Of a stretch of 64,000 nucleotides of DNA, positions 22,368 to 33,317 are shown piece after piece. A program made the translations under genes and the position numbers. Under the pieces are notes generated by a model. The model was not told where the DNA came from and made no database searches. It saw only the letters and a list, made by a program, of their open reading frames with translations. Source of the DNA: Cyclobacteriaceae bacterium. GTDB lineage: Bacteria > Bacteroidota > Bacteroidia > Cytophagales > Cyclobacteriaceae. The stretch is taken from positions 176,504 to 240,503 of the forward strand of contig JAVKDJ010000013.1 in the NCBI GenBank assembly GCA_040222275.1, read 5' to 3'. The number at the start of each line of letters is the position of its first letter. Positions within the stretch are counted from its first letter, which is position 1.

Positions 22368-22730
22368 CTATTTTTTCTTGGCTGTAATCCCCAAACGGCC
22401 TTCTGAGTACGATACAGTTCCCTCCATGGTTTTGGCGGCCACTTTGATTTTGAACGTAACGTATTCGTTTTCCACATAAGTGGCGAACGTGAGGTTGGAA
22501 TCTGAAAATTTCACATTGCGTGCCTTCATTTCAGTGCCGTTGATGTTGAATTTGACTTCATACCCGCTCTCTACTTTCTTTACCAGCATTTTTCCTGTTT
22601 GATACTCATAAGGAGCCTGCGGTACTTTGTACTCCCATGTACCTTCCGGTGATACTCCTGCAAGCAATACAGTACTCATTAGGGTAAACACTACTACTGC
22701 AAATCCTTTTTTCATTGACCAATTTTTCAT
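22368..22730 (-). CDS. Small secreted beta-rich protein (lipocalin-like GTW motif)
   Basis: Signal peptide then PEGTWEY; alternating beta-strand pattern. Confidence 0.6.
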   Translation of the reverse strand: MKNWSMKKGFAVVVFTLMSTVLLAGVSPEGTWEYKVPQAPYEYQTGKMLVKKVESGYEVKFNINGTEMKARNVKFSDSNLTFATYVENEYVTFKIKVAAKTMEGTVSYSEGRLGITAKKK

Positions 22731-22810
22731 TGTTTTAAATTTTTAGAGTTAAAAAAAATTATGATCCAAAAATCGAAAATAATCTGTCTTAGGATTCAAT
22801 TAGCCGCAGC

Positions 22811-22841
22811 TTTGGGATGAAATGCACCTATTTGGGATGAA
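22811..22841 (-). promoter_or_regulatory. Direct repeat TTCATCCCAAA x2 (20-bp period), candidate LytTR operator
   Basis: tttgggatgaa at 22811-22821 and 22831-22841, between the lytTR stop and the downstream gene. Confidence 0.55.
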
Positions 22842-22845
22842 TGGG

Positions 22846-23721
22846 TCAGCCCTTTGTGGGATTTAGTTGGCCAATGCCACTATTGGAAAGCACTGAAGCC
22901 ACCCGGCTTTTATAATTTCTGGAAACAGTGATGGGGGTTTCGGGCATGTTTTCTATTTCCAGGGTGAGTTGGCGGCTCACAGTTTTAAAAGCCCTGATAT
23001 TTTTTACATTCACCATAGCCGACCGGCTGCACCGCAGCAGGGCAGTGTTCGAAAGTTCTTTTTCCAATTTTTTCAGGCTGGTCCTTACCAGTTCTTTTGC
23101 CAGGGCATCCTGCTTCGAATAGTACACGGTTACATAATTATCAGCAGCAAAAAGTGCCAGCACCTGGTCCTGGTCAATGGCCAGCTGTAGTTTGTCGTTT
23201 TCATCTTTTATGTGCAGCAAATGGTTGGTGATAGCCGGTATTTTTGAAAGGGCCTGCCGGTGATGGAAATAAAACAAAACCGAGGCATAGGGAATGATGA
23301 GGATAAGGGTTGTATAGCGCATGATGTCAATAAAGTCTTCAAAACCCCCAGCGGGCAGGGAGGTGATATATTCGAACAACAGAAACATCAAGAGGCTAAA
23401 GACCAGTAACTCACCCAGCAAAAACAAAAGAAACGTGAGGTGGGTAAACTGACGCAGCTTTAACAGGGGACGTACGCCGAGCTCCATAAGCAGCAGGGAG
23501 CACACAGCCAACAACGAGAATTTGAGAAAGATCAGAAAGTGCTCCCAGTCGCCACCAGCAAACCAACGTGTGAGGTTAAAGGGGTTGTACAGATACAAAA
23601 AAAAGAAACCAAATACCCCAACACTAAAAACCAGGGCCAATTGGTTGCGCTTTTTGTCAAGCAGCGTAAAAGGTTGGTTCATCCAGGCTTTGAGGGGGCT
23701 CAGCATAAGGAATTTAGACAA
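22846..23721 (-). CDS. Membrane-anchored LytTR-domain regulator
   Basis: 4 N-terminal TM segments; AADNYV, RTSLKKLE, RCSRSAMVN, VSRNYK LytTR motifs. Confidence 0.85.
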   Translation of the reverse strand: MSKFLMLSPLKAWMNQPFTLLDKKRNQLALVFSVGVFGFFFLYLYNPFNLTRWFAGGDWEHFLIFLKFSLLAVCSLLLMELGVRPLLKLRQFTHLTFLLFLLGELLVFSLLMFLLFEYITSLPAGGFEDFIDIMRYTTLILIIPYASVLFYFHHRQALSKIPAITNHLLHIKDENDKLQLAIDQDQVLALFAADNYVTVYYSKQDALAKELVRTSLKKLEKELSNTALLRCSRSAMVNVKNIRAFKTVSRQLTLEIENMPETPITVSRNYKSRVASVLSNSGIGQLNPTKG

Positions 23722-24020
23722 GCGTGTTGGAAAATGTTTTCGTATAGACCGGAAAATTAATTCATAAACATCGAGGACTCAAATGTTGAGAAGTTATAGT
23801 TGCTACCAATAAACGACCAATATTAAATATTTGAGATGCTGCAATTTTTTAGTCTAAGTATGACGAGTAATAAATTTCTTGCTCCTGATAATTATTTGGG
23901 TCAATTTTACTATCAAGAGACTTAATCTCAGGTTTATAAAAAACGGATCAGCAAAAGGTACAATTTATTATGACCCGAGCCTGATAAAGAGGTGAACATT
24001 TATGAACAACACAAACGATT

Positions 24021-24206
24021 ATGATGAAAAGATATATAATTATTCTGGCTCAAATTATTCTGGCGTTTTTGATTATTCATTTTGTCGGAAAAACCCCTCT
24101 AGTTGTATCTATTATCTGTAGTATCCTGATCATAGTTTTGGTAGAAATTCTTAAACCCTGGTCAACAAAGGTGGTGACCAGAATTGTGCGCAAAATTGTT
24201 GGATAA
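24021..24206 (+). CDS. Small 2-TM hypothetical protein
   Basis: 61-aa hydrophobic ORF. Confidence 0.45.
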   Translation: MMKRYIIILAQIILAFLIIHFVGKTPLVVSIICSILIIVLVEILKPWSTKVVTRIVRKIVG

Positions 24207-24589
24207 AACTTCATGAGGACCAGCCCAAAAGAGAACGTAAACCTTCAGACAACCACTTAGAAAACAGGACAACCATTGGGTTTCTGCCAATGACCAATCA
24301 AAGTGCCAAGTCGTGGTGCAATGTCCGCCTGATGAGATAGGGAAACTTCTTTTGCCAAAAAAGAGATAACACCTAAATTTAGTGTTCTGGCATATCCGAT
24401 TGTTTCTATGAGAAAAAGTTTGTACCTATCTTTAAGGACAACAATTAAACACACAGCGGACAACCTGTATCCAATGGATATAAAATCCATTAAAAAGCAC
24501 AATAAATCCAGTGGGGCAAACCTATTATGGTATTTTTTTGTGATAACTAGAAAACACAAAATCAGAAAAGGAAACGTTGTTTTAGATCA

Positions 24590-27500
24590 ATGATCAATAT
24601 CAGTCGCACTATATTGCTTTTCATATTTGGGCTATTGCTACAGACAGCTTCCATAGCCCAATCCAACAGCAATTTTGAGGTGACCAGGTTTAAACTACCC
24701 ACCGAAACCGCTACGTACGACCTTTTGGAAGATCAGTTTGGGTTTGTCTGGATAGCGTCCAAAAGCGGCCTTTGGCGTTACGATGGTGGCAATTTCAAAA
24801 ATTATAAACGCGATCCCAAAGACAGCACCAGCATTACCGACAATAACATTTCATGTTTGTATGAGGACAAAAGTGGCACTTTGTGGGTAGGTACGTATGG
24901 GGGAGGCTTGCTGCGTTACAACAGGGATTGCGATTGTTTTCAAAGGTTTATCCATAAACCTCATGACCCCACCAGCCTTAGTTTCAACGAAATAAAAGTA
25001 ATATTCGAAACTTCAGACAACATGTTCTATGTGGGTACCGACGGTGGTGGCCTCAATATAATGGACAGGACAAACAATACCTTTAGATATTTTAAACATG
25101 CCCCGGATGACAGTACTACATTGAGCCACAACAATGTGCTGGCCTTAGAAGAGGCCCGTGATGGAAATTTATATGTGGGCACCTGGCTGGGGTTCAACAT
25201 TTTTTACCCCGCTACCGGTAGGTTTAAGAGGATATATCAGGAATTCCACCCCAAAAACCAGTATTTTTTCTCCCTTGAACTCTTCAACAAGCGCCTGTTT
25301 ACTTCGGGTGACCCGGCATCTTTTCTCAATCAAAACGACGAATTGGAACAACTTGGGGCACCCATTCATTATTCCAACAAGTTGGCCAACGATAATAAAG
25401 ACAGGTGCTGGTTTTCAAGTAGCAATGGCGTGTCAATTATCAATAACGAATTCCAATTGGAGCAGCTCATCCCCATCGGGTCATTTTACCCGGAAAACGA
25501 ATATGGGGGATTGGAAGAAATACGCCCCAGCCAGCAAGCCAATGTCACATGGGTACTTGGAACCAACGGAAACTTCTTTATGGTTGAGGAAAAACCTAAA
25601 ATCTTCAAGCACTTCCTTACCAGCAAAAACGTGCGGGAAATTGTCCTTACAGACTCCAACTATTGGGCGATTATCGGCAATACAATCAGCATATTTGACA
25701 AATCCGGTAGTAGTTTGGAGAAAACCTTGTCCAACTTTCAGGGAGGGGTGCACATAGCCAGTCGCTCACGAAACAGGGTGTGGGTAGTTGATCAACAAAA
25801 TTACTACGAATACACCAGTAGGGGGGAAAGGATAAGTACCACACCCCATAACACAAATACAACCATCAATACCTTGGAGCCTACCATGGACAATCAGGTT
25901 TGGACAGGAAAGATTTTGGGGGTCAACAGGTTTGATCCCGTAACAAAAAAAATCACCAGGTTCAACTGTGACCCCAACGACGACAAAGGCATAGGATATT
26001 TTCACCGTTCCAGCAAGATTTTTCAGGACCATCTGGGGCAGATATGGATTGGGACCGATGGTGATGGGTTGAAGAGGTTTATTCCGGAAAGTGAAGAATT
26101 CCAGCATTTCAGGCATATTATAGGCGATACCACCACCATCAACAGCAACTTTGTCAACGATATTTTTGAAGACAACCAATTTAATCTTTGGCTGGGCACC
26201 AATACGGGCTTGTCCCGGTTGCACAAAGAATCCAATACCTTTATCCAATACAACTTTGAAGAACTACAGGATAAAAGTGTCTATTCTATAGAACAGGACT
26301 ACAAGGGCAACCTCTGGATCGGTACGCTCAATGGCTTGATCAAATTGGATTATAAGAACAACGACATCAGGACTCTCAACCAACAGGATGGAATACTTTC
26401 TGACAAAATCTGGCCAGCCAGCCTAAGGCTCGATGATGGCCAGCTGGTGTTTTGTACTTCCAATGGCCCAATGCTTTTTGAACCGGACGATGTAAAACCG
26501 AGTGACAAACAACCCAATGTTTTTATTTCCGAACTATGGGTGAACAATGAACTGGTCAGGCCCAGAAACAGCGACTATATCAGCCGCAATATTGAAGTAG
26601 AGAACACCATCCATTTGAACTATACCGATAAGAAGTTTGAGCTTCATTTTCAGGTGATCCACTACAACAACAACGACAGGTGCGAGTATTCTTATAAGTT
26701 GGATGGTTTTGACAAAGCATGGATTGGCGTGAACAATACACCAAAGGCCACCTACACCAACATTCCTCCGGGGCAATACACCTTCAAAGTGAAGGCCAGC
26801 AATGAAGACGGCATTTGGAACGACAAAGTGACAACCGTCGATATCTTTATTTCCCCACCATTTTGGGATATTTTGTGGGTGAAACTTTTGGGCATAGCCA
26901 TCCTGGGGTATATTTTCTTTTTGATCATTCGGCAGATTATCAAGAAAGAAAGGACCAAAACGAAGTTTGAAATAGAGAAGGCCCGGGTGCGCCAGGCAGA
27001 GGAAATTACACAAATGAAGCTGCGTTTTTTTACCAATATATCCCACGAGCTGCGTACCCCCCTTACTTTGATCACCTCACCGCTCGACAAATACATCCGC
27101 AACAATGTGGTGCCCAAAGCCAATGTGCTTGATATGATGTACAAAAACAGCAGGCGCCTGTTGGAGTTGGTCAATCAAATACTGGACTTTAGAAAACTCG
27201 AAAACAACCAACAGCAACTAAAAATAGCCCCACAAAAAAACCTGTTGCTTTTTCAAAATATCTATGCGGCCTATTCGTACTGGTCCAACGACAAAAACAT
27301 TGATTTTAGCATCAATGTTCCGCAAGACAATTACATCACCTATTTTGATGCCGATGTGATTGAAAAAATAGTGTCTAACCTGGTGTCCAATGCCTTCAAA
27401 TTCACCCCTGAATACGGTCGCATTGGCCTGGATGTCAGGTTTGAAGATATTGTAAACAAAGACAATCTGGTGACCAGCGGAAAAATGATGGTAAGTATTT

Positions 27501-28528
27501 CGGATACCGGCCCGGGCATCCCAAAAAAGGTGCAGGCGAAAATATTTGAAAGGTTTTACCAGATGGACGATACCACCATGGCTTCCCATGGCAGTGGCAT
27601 TGGATTGTCCCTTACCAGTGAATTGGTGCAATTGCACCATGGTCGGATAGAATTGGTGAGTGGGGAAGGGGAAGGTACCCATTTCAAGGTCGAAATTCCT
27701 ATTGGCCTGCAAGACTATCCCGAGGGTGAAAGGAAGGAATATACCGTTATTTACCCCGAAATTGACCCTAAAAGCACGATGATCCTGATAGTGGAAGACC
27801 ATGAAGACATCAGGAACTATTTGGTAGAAGAACTGAACGAAGTATATGAGGTGCTGGAAGCAGAAGACGGAAAAGTAGGCCTGCAAAAAGCCCTGGCCGC
27901 CATACCCGACATCATCATCAGCGATGTGATGATGCCTGAGATCAATGGTATTCAATTGGCCAACCAACTAAAAAACAACGAACTGACTGCACATATCCCC
28001 ATCCTGTTTTTATCGGCCAAAGGATCTACAGAGCACAAACTGGAGGGGCTGGCCACTGGTGCGGAAGACTACATCCAAAAGCCCTTCAATATTCAGGAGA
28101 TCAAACTCAAAATCCGAAACCTCCTGGAAACGAGGAACCTGTTGATAGAAAAATTTAAAAGGGAAAATGTAGAGGTGGAGCAGCCATCACCTGAAAACAA
28201 ATACCTTTCGAAGGTGAATGCCGTTATTTCCAATAACCTGGACAACTCGCAGTTTTCGGTAGATATCCTCTGCACAGAACTGGCTGTTGGCAGGTCGCAG
28301 CTATATAGGAAAATACTGGCACTAACTGGCAAATCCATCATAGAATACATCAACTCCTACAGACTGTCAAAAGCCATGGAACTCATCAAACAGGAGAGCT
28401 ATTCACTTAAAGAAATCGCCTACAAGGTTGGCTATAATGACAACCACTATTTCAGCAGGTCCTTCAAAAAAGAATTTGGGCAGTCTCCCTCTTTCTATAC
28501 GCCCAAAAGGGAAAAATCTCACAGATAA
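24590..28528 (+). CDS. Hybrid two-component system (beta-propeller, Y_Y_Y, HisKA, HATPase, REC, AraC)
   Basis: Repeated LWVGT/IWIGT blades, YSYKLDGFD/YTNIPPGQY, FFTNISHELRTP, ISDVMMP, YFSRSFKKEFG. Confidence 0.95.
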   Translation: MINISRTILLFIFGLLLQTASIAQSNSNFEVTRFKLPTETATYDLLEDQFGFVWIASKSGLWRYDGGNFKNYKRDPKDSTSITDNNISCLYEDKSGTLWVGTYGGGLLRYNRDCDCFQRFIHKPHDPTSLSFNEIKVIFETSDNMFYVGTDGGGLNIMDRTNNTFRYFKHAPDDSTTLSHNNVLALEEARDGNLYVGTWLGFNIFYPATGRFKRIYQEFHPKNQYFFSLELFNKRLFTSGDPASFLNQNDELEQLGAPIHYSNKLANDNKDRCWFSSSNGVSIINNEFQLEQLIPIGSFYPENEYGGLEEIRPSQQANVTWVLGTNGNFFMVEEKPKIFKHFLTSKNVREIVLTDSNYWAIIGNTISIFDKSGSSLEKTLSNFQGGVHIASRSRNRVWVVDQQNYYEYTSRGERISTTPHNTNTTINTLEPTMDNQVWTGKILGVNRFDPVTKKITRFNCDPNDDKGIGYFHRSSKIFQDHLGQIWIGTDGDGLKRFIPESEEFQHFRHIIGDTTTINSNFVNDIFEDNQFNLWLGTNTGLSRLHKESNTFIQYNFEELQDKSVYSIEQDYKGNLWIGTLNGLIKLDYKNNDIRTLNQQDGILSDKIWPASLRLDDGQLVFCTSNGPMLFEPDDVKPSDKQPNVFISELWVNNELVRPRNSDYISRNIEVENTIHLNYTDKKFELHFQVIHYNNNDRCEYSYKLDGFDKAWIGVNNTPKATYTNIPPGQYTFKVKASNEDGIWNDKVTTVDIFISPPFWDILWVKLLGIAILGYIFFLIIRQIIKKERTKTKFEIEKARVRQAEEITQMKLRFFTNISHELRTPLTLITSPLDKYIRNNVVPKANVLDMMYKNSRRLLELVNQILDFRKLENNQQQLKIAPQKNLLLFQNIYAAYSYWSNDKNIDFSINVPQDNYITYFDADVIEKIVSNLVSNAFKFTPEYGRIGLDVRFEDIVNKDNLVTSGKMMVSISDTGPGIPKKVQAKIFERFYQMDDTTMASHGSGIGLSLTSELVQLHHGRIELVSGEGEGTHFKVEIPIGLQDYPEGERKEYTVIYPEIDPKSTMILIVEDHEDIRNYLVEELNEVYEVLEAEDGKVGLQKALAAIPDIIISDVMMPEINGIQLANQLKNNELTAHIPILFLSAKGSTEHKLEGLATGAEDYIQKPFNIQEIKLKIRNLLETRNLLIEKFKRENVEVEQPSPENKYLSKVNAVISNNLDNSQFSVDILCTELAVGRSQLYRKILALTGKSIIEYINSYRLSKAMELIKQESYSLKEIAYKVGYNDNHYFSRSFKKEFGQSPSFYTPKREKSHR

Positions 28529-28539
28529 GACGCTCAACC

Positions 28540-28572
28540 GAAAAAAATCCAGTGTTTTGAACAAAATATCCA
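28540..28572 (+). promoter_or_regulatory. Possible HTCS-binding direct repeats
   Basis: gaaaaaaatcca and gaacaaaatatcca, with ATCCA at 28547 and 28568 (21-bp period), upstream of the PSD1 operon. Confidence 0.3.
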
Positions 28573-28632
28573 TCTCGGCAGGGAGATGATATAATTACTT
28601 TGTAGAAAAGTAAATCTCAATAAAAACACGAA

Positions 28633-31600
28633 ATGCGTTATACTTTCCCCTTATTTGGAGCCTGCTATTTGATTGTGGCAATACTGCAAATATCTTGTAC
28701 CTCACAGCCCGGTCATGGATTGGCCGACAATAGAAAAGTGCCGGATGTTATTGACTTCAATTACCATGTGAAGCCCATCCTTTCCGACAAATGCTTTGCT
28801 TGTCATGGGCCGGACCTGGCCAATCAGAAGGGGGACCTCAGGTTGGATACCCCGGAAGGTGCTTTCGACACCAGCCTGGAAAGTGGCGGTCATCCGATTG
28901 TGCCAGGCGACCTCTCCCAAAGTGTGGCCTATACCAAAATTACATCCCATGATCCGGAAAATATCATGCCACCACCAGAGAGTAACCTGGAACTCTCAGA
29001 ATATGAAATCAAAATCATCAAGAAATGGATAGAGCAGGGAGCCGAATATAAGCCCCACTGGGCATTTACCAAACCTGCTGAGGTGGAGGTGCCGGAGACA
29101 AGGCAGGAAGAATGGGCGAAAAACCCTATCGACTATTTTGTGGCAAAAAAACTTGAAAACGTGGGGCTGAAAACCTCCCCCGAAGCAGATAAAGAGCAAC
29201 TTATAAGAAGGGTTACCTTTGACCTGACAGGCTTGCCACCCACTGCCAGTGAAATAGATGATTTCGTAAATGACGATAGTGACCAATCTTACGAAAAAGT
29301 GGTGGACAGGCTTCTGTCCTCACCGCATTATGGCGAGCGAATGGCGAGCGAGTGGCTGGATGTGGCCAGATATGCCGATTCGCACGGGTATCAGGACGAC
29401 AGGCCCAGGACCATGTGGCCATGGCGCGATTGGGTGATCAACGCCTATAACGACAACCTGCCCTACAATGATTTTGTTACCTGGCAACTTGCCGGCGACC
29501 TGCTGCCCAACGCCACTTTTGATCAAAAGCTGGCTTCAGGGTTCAACAGAAACCACGCCATCACCCAGGAAGGTGGGATCATAGAAGAAGAATATCTGGT
29601 GGAATATGCCGCCGACAGGGTGCAAACTTTTGGTACAGCATTTATCGGGCTCACGGTTCAATGCGCCAGGTGCCACGACCACAAATATGACCCATTGTCC
29701 CAGAAGGAATTTTACCAACTTTTCTCTTTTTTCAACAACAACAATGAGCGGGGGAAAATAAGCTACAGCGACCTGGCACCAAAACCCTCTATCAAATATG
29801 AGAATGAGGAATTGGAAAGCGAAGTGGCCGAGATCAAAGAGATGCTGGCCGATTTGGAGCAAAAGCACAAGGAATTCAATCCCGAAATAAAGGAAGAAAC
29901 CCTGAGGGCTTGGTTTGACGGGTTGGATTGGAAAGCACTGGAAGAATCAGGGCTGGAAGCACGCTATTTGCTGGACTACCAGGAGGCAGGCACCATGAGG
30001 GACGAGGTATCCAGGGAGTTTGCAGGATCTATAAATTTCAAACTCCCATTAACCATCCCAAAACCCGAAAGTGTACCCGGAAAATATGGGCAGGCATTGA
30101 AGTTTAATGGCACCAATACACTCACCATTGGCGATGTGGGTGACAATGAGCATTATGACAAGTTTTCTTTGGGAGGATGGATCAATTATTCGGAGACACC
30201 AACTTACAACGCAGGCATATTGTCCAGACGAAACGGTGAGCACAACAGATCGGGTTATGGCTTGTACCTGGGAGACGACAATGCTCTGAGGTTGCAGGTG
30301 GTCAGTACATTGAGGGAGCTTATTGAAATCAAAACCAAAATTAAAATACCAAAAGGCGAATGGGTCAACGTTTATGGTACTTATGACGGCTCTGGCAAAG
30401 CTTCAGGAGCCAGCCTGTTTGTGAATGGGGTGAAGCAGAAAGTTGAAATCCTGTCGGACAACCTGGGCGCAGGAAGCATTTTGGTAGGTACCCAACTTAC
30501 CGTGGGCAACTGGATGATACGGGCCCAGCCAAGGAGCAACCTCGGCGGATTTAAAGGTGCCATAGATGATATTTCGCTTTACAACCGTGAACTCAGCCCA
30601 CTGGAAGTGCGGTACCTCTACGATCAGCAACCACAATACGAATCTGAAGTGGTGTACAACACCTATATAAAAAGGGAAACCGACGGAATGGCCAGAATCC
30701 AGGCCAGACTTGATAGCCTGAGGGCCATAGACACCACCATCCCCTATGTGATGATCATGGAAGAGCTGGATAGTATCAAGCCAGCCTACATACTGGCCAG
30801 GGGTGTTTACAATGCCCATGGGGAAAAAGTCAACCGAGCAACACCTGAGTCCATCCTGAAATTTTCAAAAGACCTGCCACAAAACAGGCTTGGCCTGGCA
30901 CAGTGGCTGTTCGATGAAGACCATCCATTGACGAGCCGGGTGATAGTCAACAGGTATTGGCAGATGCTCTTTGGAAAAGGGCTGGTATCCACACCGGAAG
31001 ACTTTGGAAACCAGGGCGCATTGCCTTCGCACCCCGAATTGCTGGATTGGTTGGCCCTTGAATTGATCCGAAATGATTGGGACATGAAGAAAACGTTGAA
31101 ACTCATGGTGATGTCTGCCACGTACCGTCAGTCTTCGGTGATCAACTCCAAAAGTTATAAACTTGATCCAGAAAACACCTATTTGTCCAGGGGGCCTTAC
31201 AAAAAACTGACCGCAGAGATGATGCGGGACCAGGCGCTGGCAGCCAGTGGTTTGCTCAATAGGAAAGTCGGTGGTAAATGGGTGAAACCTTATCAGCCAG
31301 CCGGGATTTGGAAAGAAATGGCCAATCAAATTGGTGAAAACAAATATCGACAGAGTACTGGCAATGACCTGTACCGAAGAAGTATCTATACCTATTGGAA
31401 GCGCACGATTCCAGTGCCTTCTATGCTTACTTTTGATGCCTCTGAGCGGGCCATGTGTACTGTGAAAAGGCAATCGACCAGCACACCCCTCCAGTCGCTG
31501 GTGCTGCTCAACGACCCACAGTATGTGGAGGCCTCCAGAAAACTTTCTGAGCACCTGATCAGTACCATGGGCGATTTGCCCTCCGAATGGATTGAAGAAG

Positions 31601-31827
31601 GGTTTAAGACATTGGTGACCAGGGAGGCTTCTGAAGATGAAATCGAAATGTTGGTTGGCATATTCAATGCTGAGCTGCAAAGGTTTGGTTCAGACCGTAC
31701 AAGTGGGGTGAAATTGATCAAAATAGGGGCTTCAGGGCTGGAAGGTGAGATAGATCAAAAGAAATTGGCCGCACTCACGGTAGTCATCAATGCTATCCTC
31801 AATCTGGACGAAACCAAACATTGTTAA
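28633..31827 (+). CDS. PSD1/PSCyt (DUF1549-LamG-DUF1553) cytochrome c lipoprotein, copy 1
   Basis: Lipobox-like ISC; CFACH and CARCH CxxCH motifs; WLDVARYADSHG; RVIVNRYWQ; STPLQSLVLLND; central LamG-like block. Confidence 0.88.
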   Translation: MRYTFPLFGACYLIVAILQISCTSQPGHGLADNRKVPDVIDFNYHVKPILSDKCFACHGPDLANQKGDLRLDTPEGAFDTSLESGGHPIVPGDLSQSVAYTKITSHDPENIMPPPESNLELSEYEIKIIKKWIEQGAEYKPHWAFTKPAEVEVPETRQEEWAKNPIDYFVAKKLENVGLKTSPEADKEQLIRRVTFDLTGLPPTASEIDDFVNDDSDQSYEKVVDRLLSSPHYGERMASEWLDVARYADSHGYQDDRPRTMWPWRDWVINAYNDNLPYNDFVTWQLAGDLLPNATFDQKLASGFNRNHAITQEGGIIEEEYLVEYAADRVQTFGTAFIGLTVQCARCHDHKYDPLSQKEFYQLFSFFNNNNERGKISYSDLAPKPSIKYENEELESEVAEIKEMLADLEQKHKEFNPEIKEETLRAWFDGLDWKALEESGLEARYLLDYQEAGTMRDEVSREFAGSINFKLPLTIPKPESVPGKYGQALKFNGTNTLTIGDVGDNEHYDKFSLGGWINYSETPTYNAGILSRRNGEHNRSGYGLYLGDDNALRLQVVSTLRELIEIKTKIKIPKGEWVNVYGTYDGSGKASGASLFVNGVKQKVEILSDNLGAGSILVGTQLTVGNWMIRAQPRSNLGGFKGAIDDISLYNRELSPLEVRYLYDQQPQYESEVVYNTYIKRETDGMARIQARLDSLRAIDTTIPYVMIMEELDSIKPAYILARGVYNAHGEKVNRATPESILKFSKDLPQNRLGLAQWLFDEDHPLTSRVIVNRYWQMLFGKGLVSTPEDFGNQGALPSHPELLDWLALELIRNDWDMKKTLKLMVMSATYRQSSVINSKSYKLDPENTYLSRGPYKKLTAEMMRDQALAASGLLNRKVGGKWVKPYQPAGIWKEMANQIGENKYRQSTGNDLYRRSIYTYWKRTIPVPSMLTFDASERAMCTVKRQSTSTPLQSLVLLNDPQYVEASRKLSEHLISTMGDLPSEWIEEGFKTLVTREASEDEIEMLVGIFNAELQRFGSDRTSGVKLIKIGASGLEGEIDQKKLAALTVVINAILNLDETKHC

Positions 31828-31857
31828 AAAAATTATTCATTTGGAAAAACATTAAAC

Positions 31858-33315
31858 ATGAACGATCCTCATTCCGAATATTTACACAAAATAAACCGGA
31901 GACATTTCCTCTCCAAGTCCAGTTTAGGCATAGGTACCCTTGCCCTTGGTTCGCTTCTGGGCTGCAACTCATCAAGCAGGGATAGCGATGAATTGGCCGA
32001 AGAACAACTCCGAAAGCTGCACCATATTGCGCCAAAAGCCAAAAGGATCATTTACCTTTTTCAAAGTGGGGGGCCTTCACAGATCGACCTGTTTGACTAC
32101 AAGCCATTGCTCATGAAAATGCGTGGTGAAGACCTGCCCGATTCTGTAAGGCAGGGCCAGCGACTGACCGGCATGACGTCCGGACAGTCGTCGTTTCCAC
32201 TTGCCCCGGCCATTTTCGATTTCAAGCAGCACGGTGAAAGTGGTGCCTGGGTGAGCGAACTGATGCCACATACGGCCAAGGTGGTGGACGACCTGTGCTT
32301 CATCAAGTCTATGCATACAGAAGCGATCAACCACGATCCGGCCATTACTTTTTTCCAAACAGGCTCGCAACAGGCCGGCAGGCCGAGTATAGGGTCCTGG
32401 CTCAGCTATGGGCTGGGCAGTATGAATGAAAACCTTCCTACATTCAGCGTGTTGCTCTCCAGGGGTGCCCAGCGGCCCCAGCCTATTTATTCCAGGCTTT
32501 GGGGAAATGGATTTCTTGCCTCCCTGCACCAGGGGGTGCAGTTTAGATCGGGCAAAGACCCGGTACTATACCTGCAAAACCCTGAAGGAATAGATCCTAC
32601 ATCGCGAAGGCATGTATTGGATGTGCTGTCAAAAATGAACCAGATGAGGATGAAAGATTTTGGTGATCCGGAAATACAATCGAGGATTGCCCAATATGAA
32701 ATGGCCTATAAAATGCAGACATCAGTACCGGAAGCTACCGACTTATCTGGCGAGCCGGATGAAGTTTTTGAGCTGTATGGGGAAGATGCAAGAAAGCCGG
32801 GAACCTATGCGGCCAATTGCCTGCTGGCCCGAAGGTTGGCCGAACGAGATGTCAAGTTTGTGCAGTTGTACCACCTTGGGTGGGACCAACACTCAGACCT
32901 GCCCAGGGAAATTACTTCCCAATGCAGGGACACAGACCAGGCATCTGCTGCCTTGGTCACAGACCTAAAGAGGCGGGGTTTGCTCGACGATACCCTCGTG
33001 ATTTGGGGTGGGGAATTCGGACGTACCAACTTTAGCCAGGGCAGGCTCACAGAGACCAATTACGGGCGCGACCACCATCCCAGGTGCTTTACAGTATGGA
33101 TGGCTGGCGGTGGCATCAAGCCAGGCATGTCGTATGGTGAAACGGACGATTTTAGCTACAACATTGTGAAAGACCCGGTGCATGTCCATGACTTTCAGGC
33201 CACTGTGCTTCATCAGATGGGAGTGGACCATGAACGCCTCACATTCAAACACCAGGGCAGGAGGTACAGGCTTACCGATGTACATGGCAGGGTTGTGAAG
33301 GAGATATTGACTTAA
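31858..33315 (+). CDS. DUF1501 Tat-exported protein, copy 1
   Basis: NRRHFL Tat motif, [32 protein letters not shown]. Confidence 0.9.
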   Translation: MNDPHSEYLHKINRRHFLSKSSLGIGTLALGSLLGCNSSSRDSDELAEEQLRKLHHIAPKAKRIIYLFQSGGPSQIDLFDYKPLLMKMRGEDLPDSVRQGQRLTGMTSGQSSFPLAPAIFDFKQHGESGAWVSELMPHTAKVVDDLCFIKSMHTEAINHDPAITFFQTGSQQAGRPSIGSWLSYGLGSMNENLPTFSVLLSRGAQRPQPIYSRLWGNGFLASLHQGVQFRSGKDPVLYLQNPEGIDPTSRRHVLDVLSKMNQMRMKDFGDPEIQSRIAQYEMAYKMQTSVPEATDLSGEPDEVFELYGEDARKPGTYAANCLLARRLAERDVKFVQLYHLGWDQHSDLPREITSQCRDTDQASAALVTDLKRRGLLDDTLVIWGGEFGRTNFSQGRLTETNYGRDHHPRCFTVWMAGGGIKPGMSYGETDDFSYNIVKDPVHVHDFQATVLHQMGVDHERLTFKHQGRRYRLTDVHGRVVKEILT

Positions 33316-33317
33316 TT

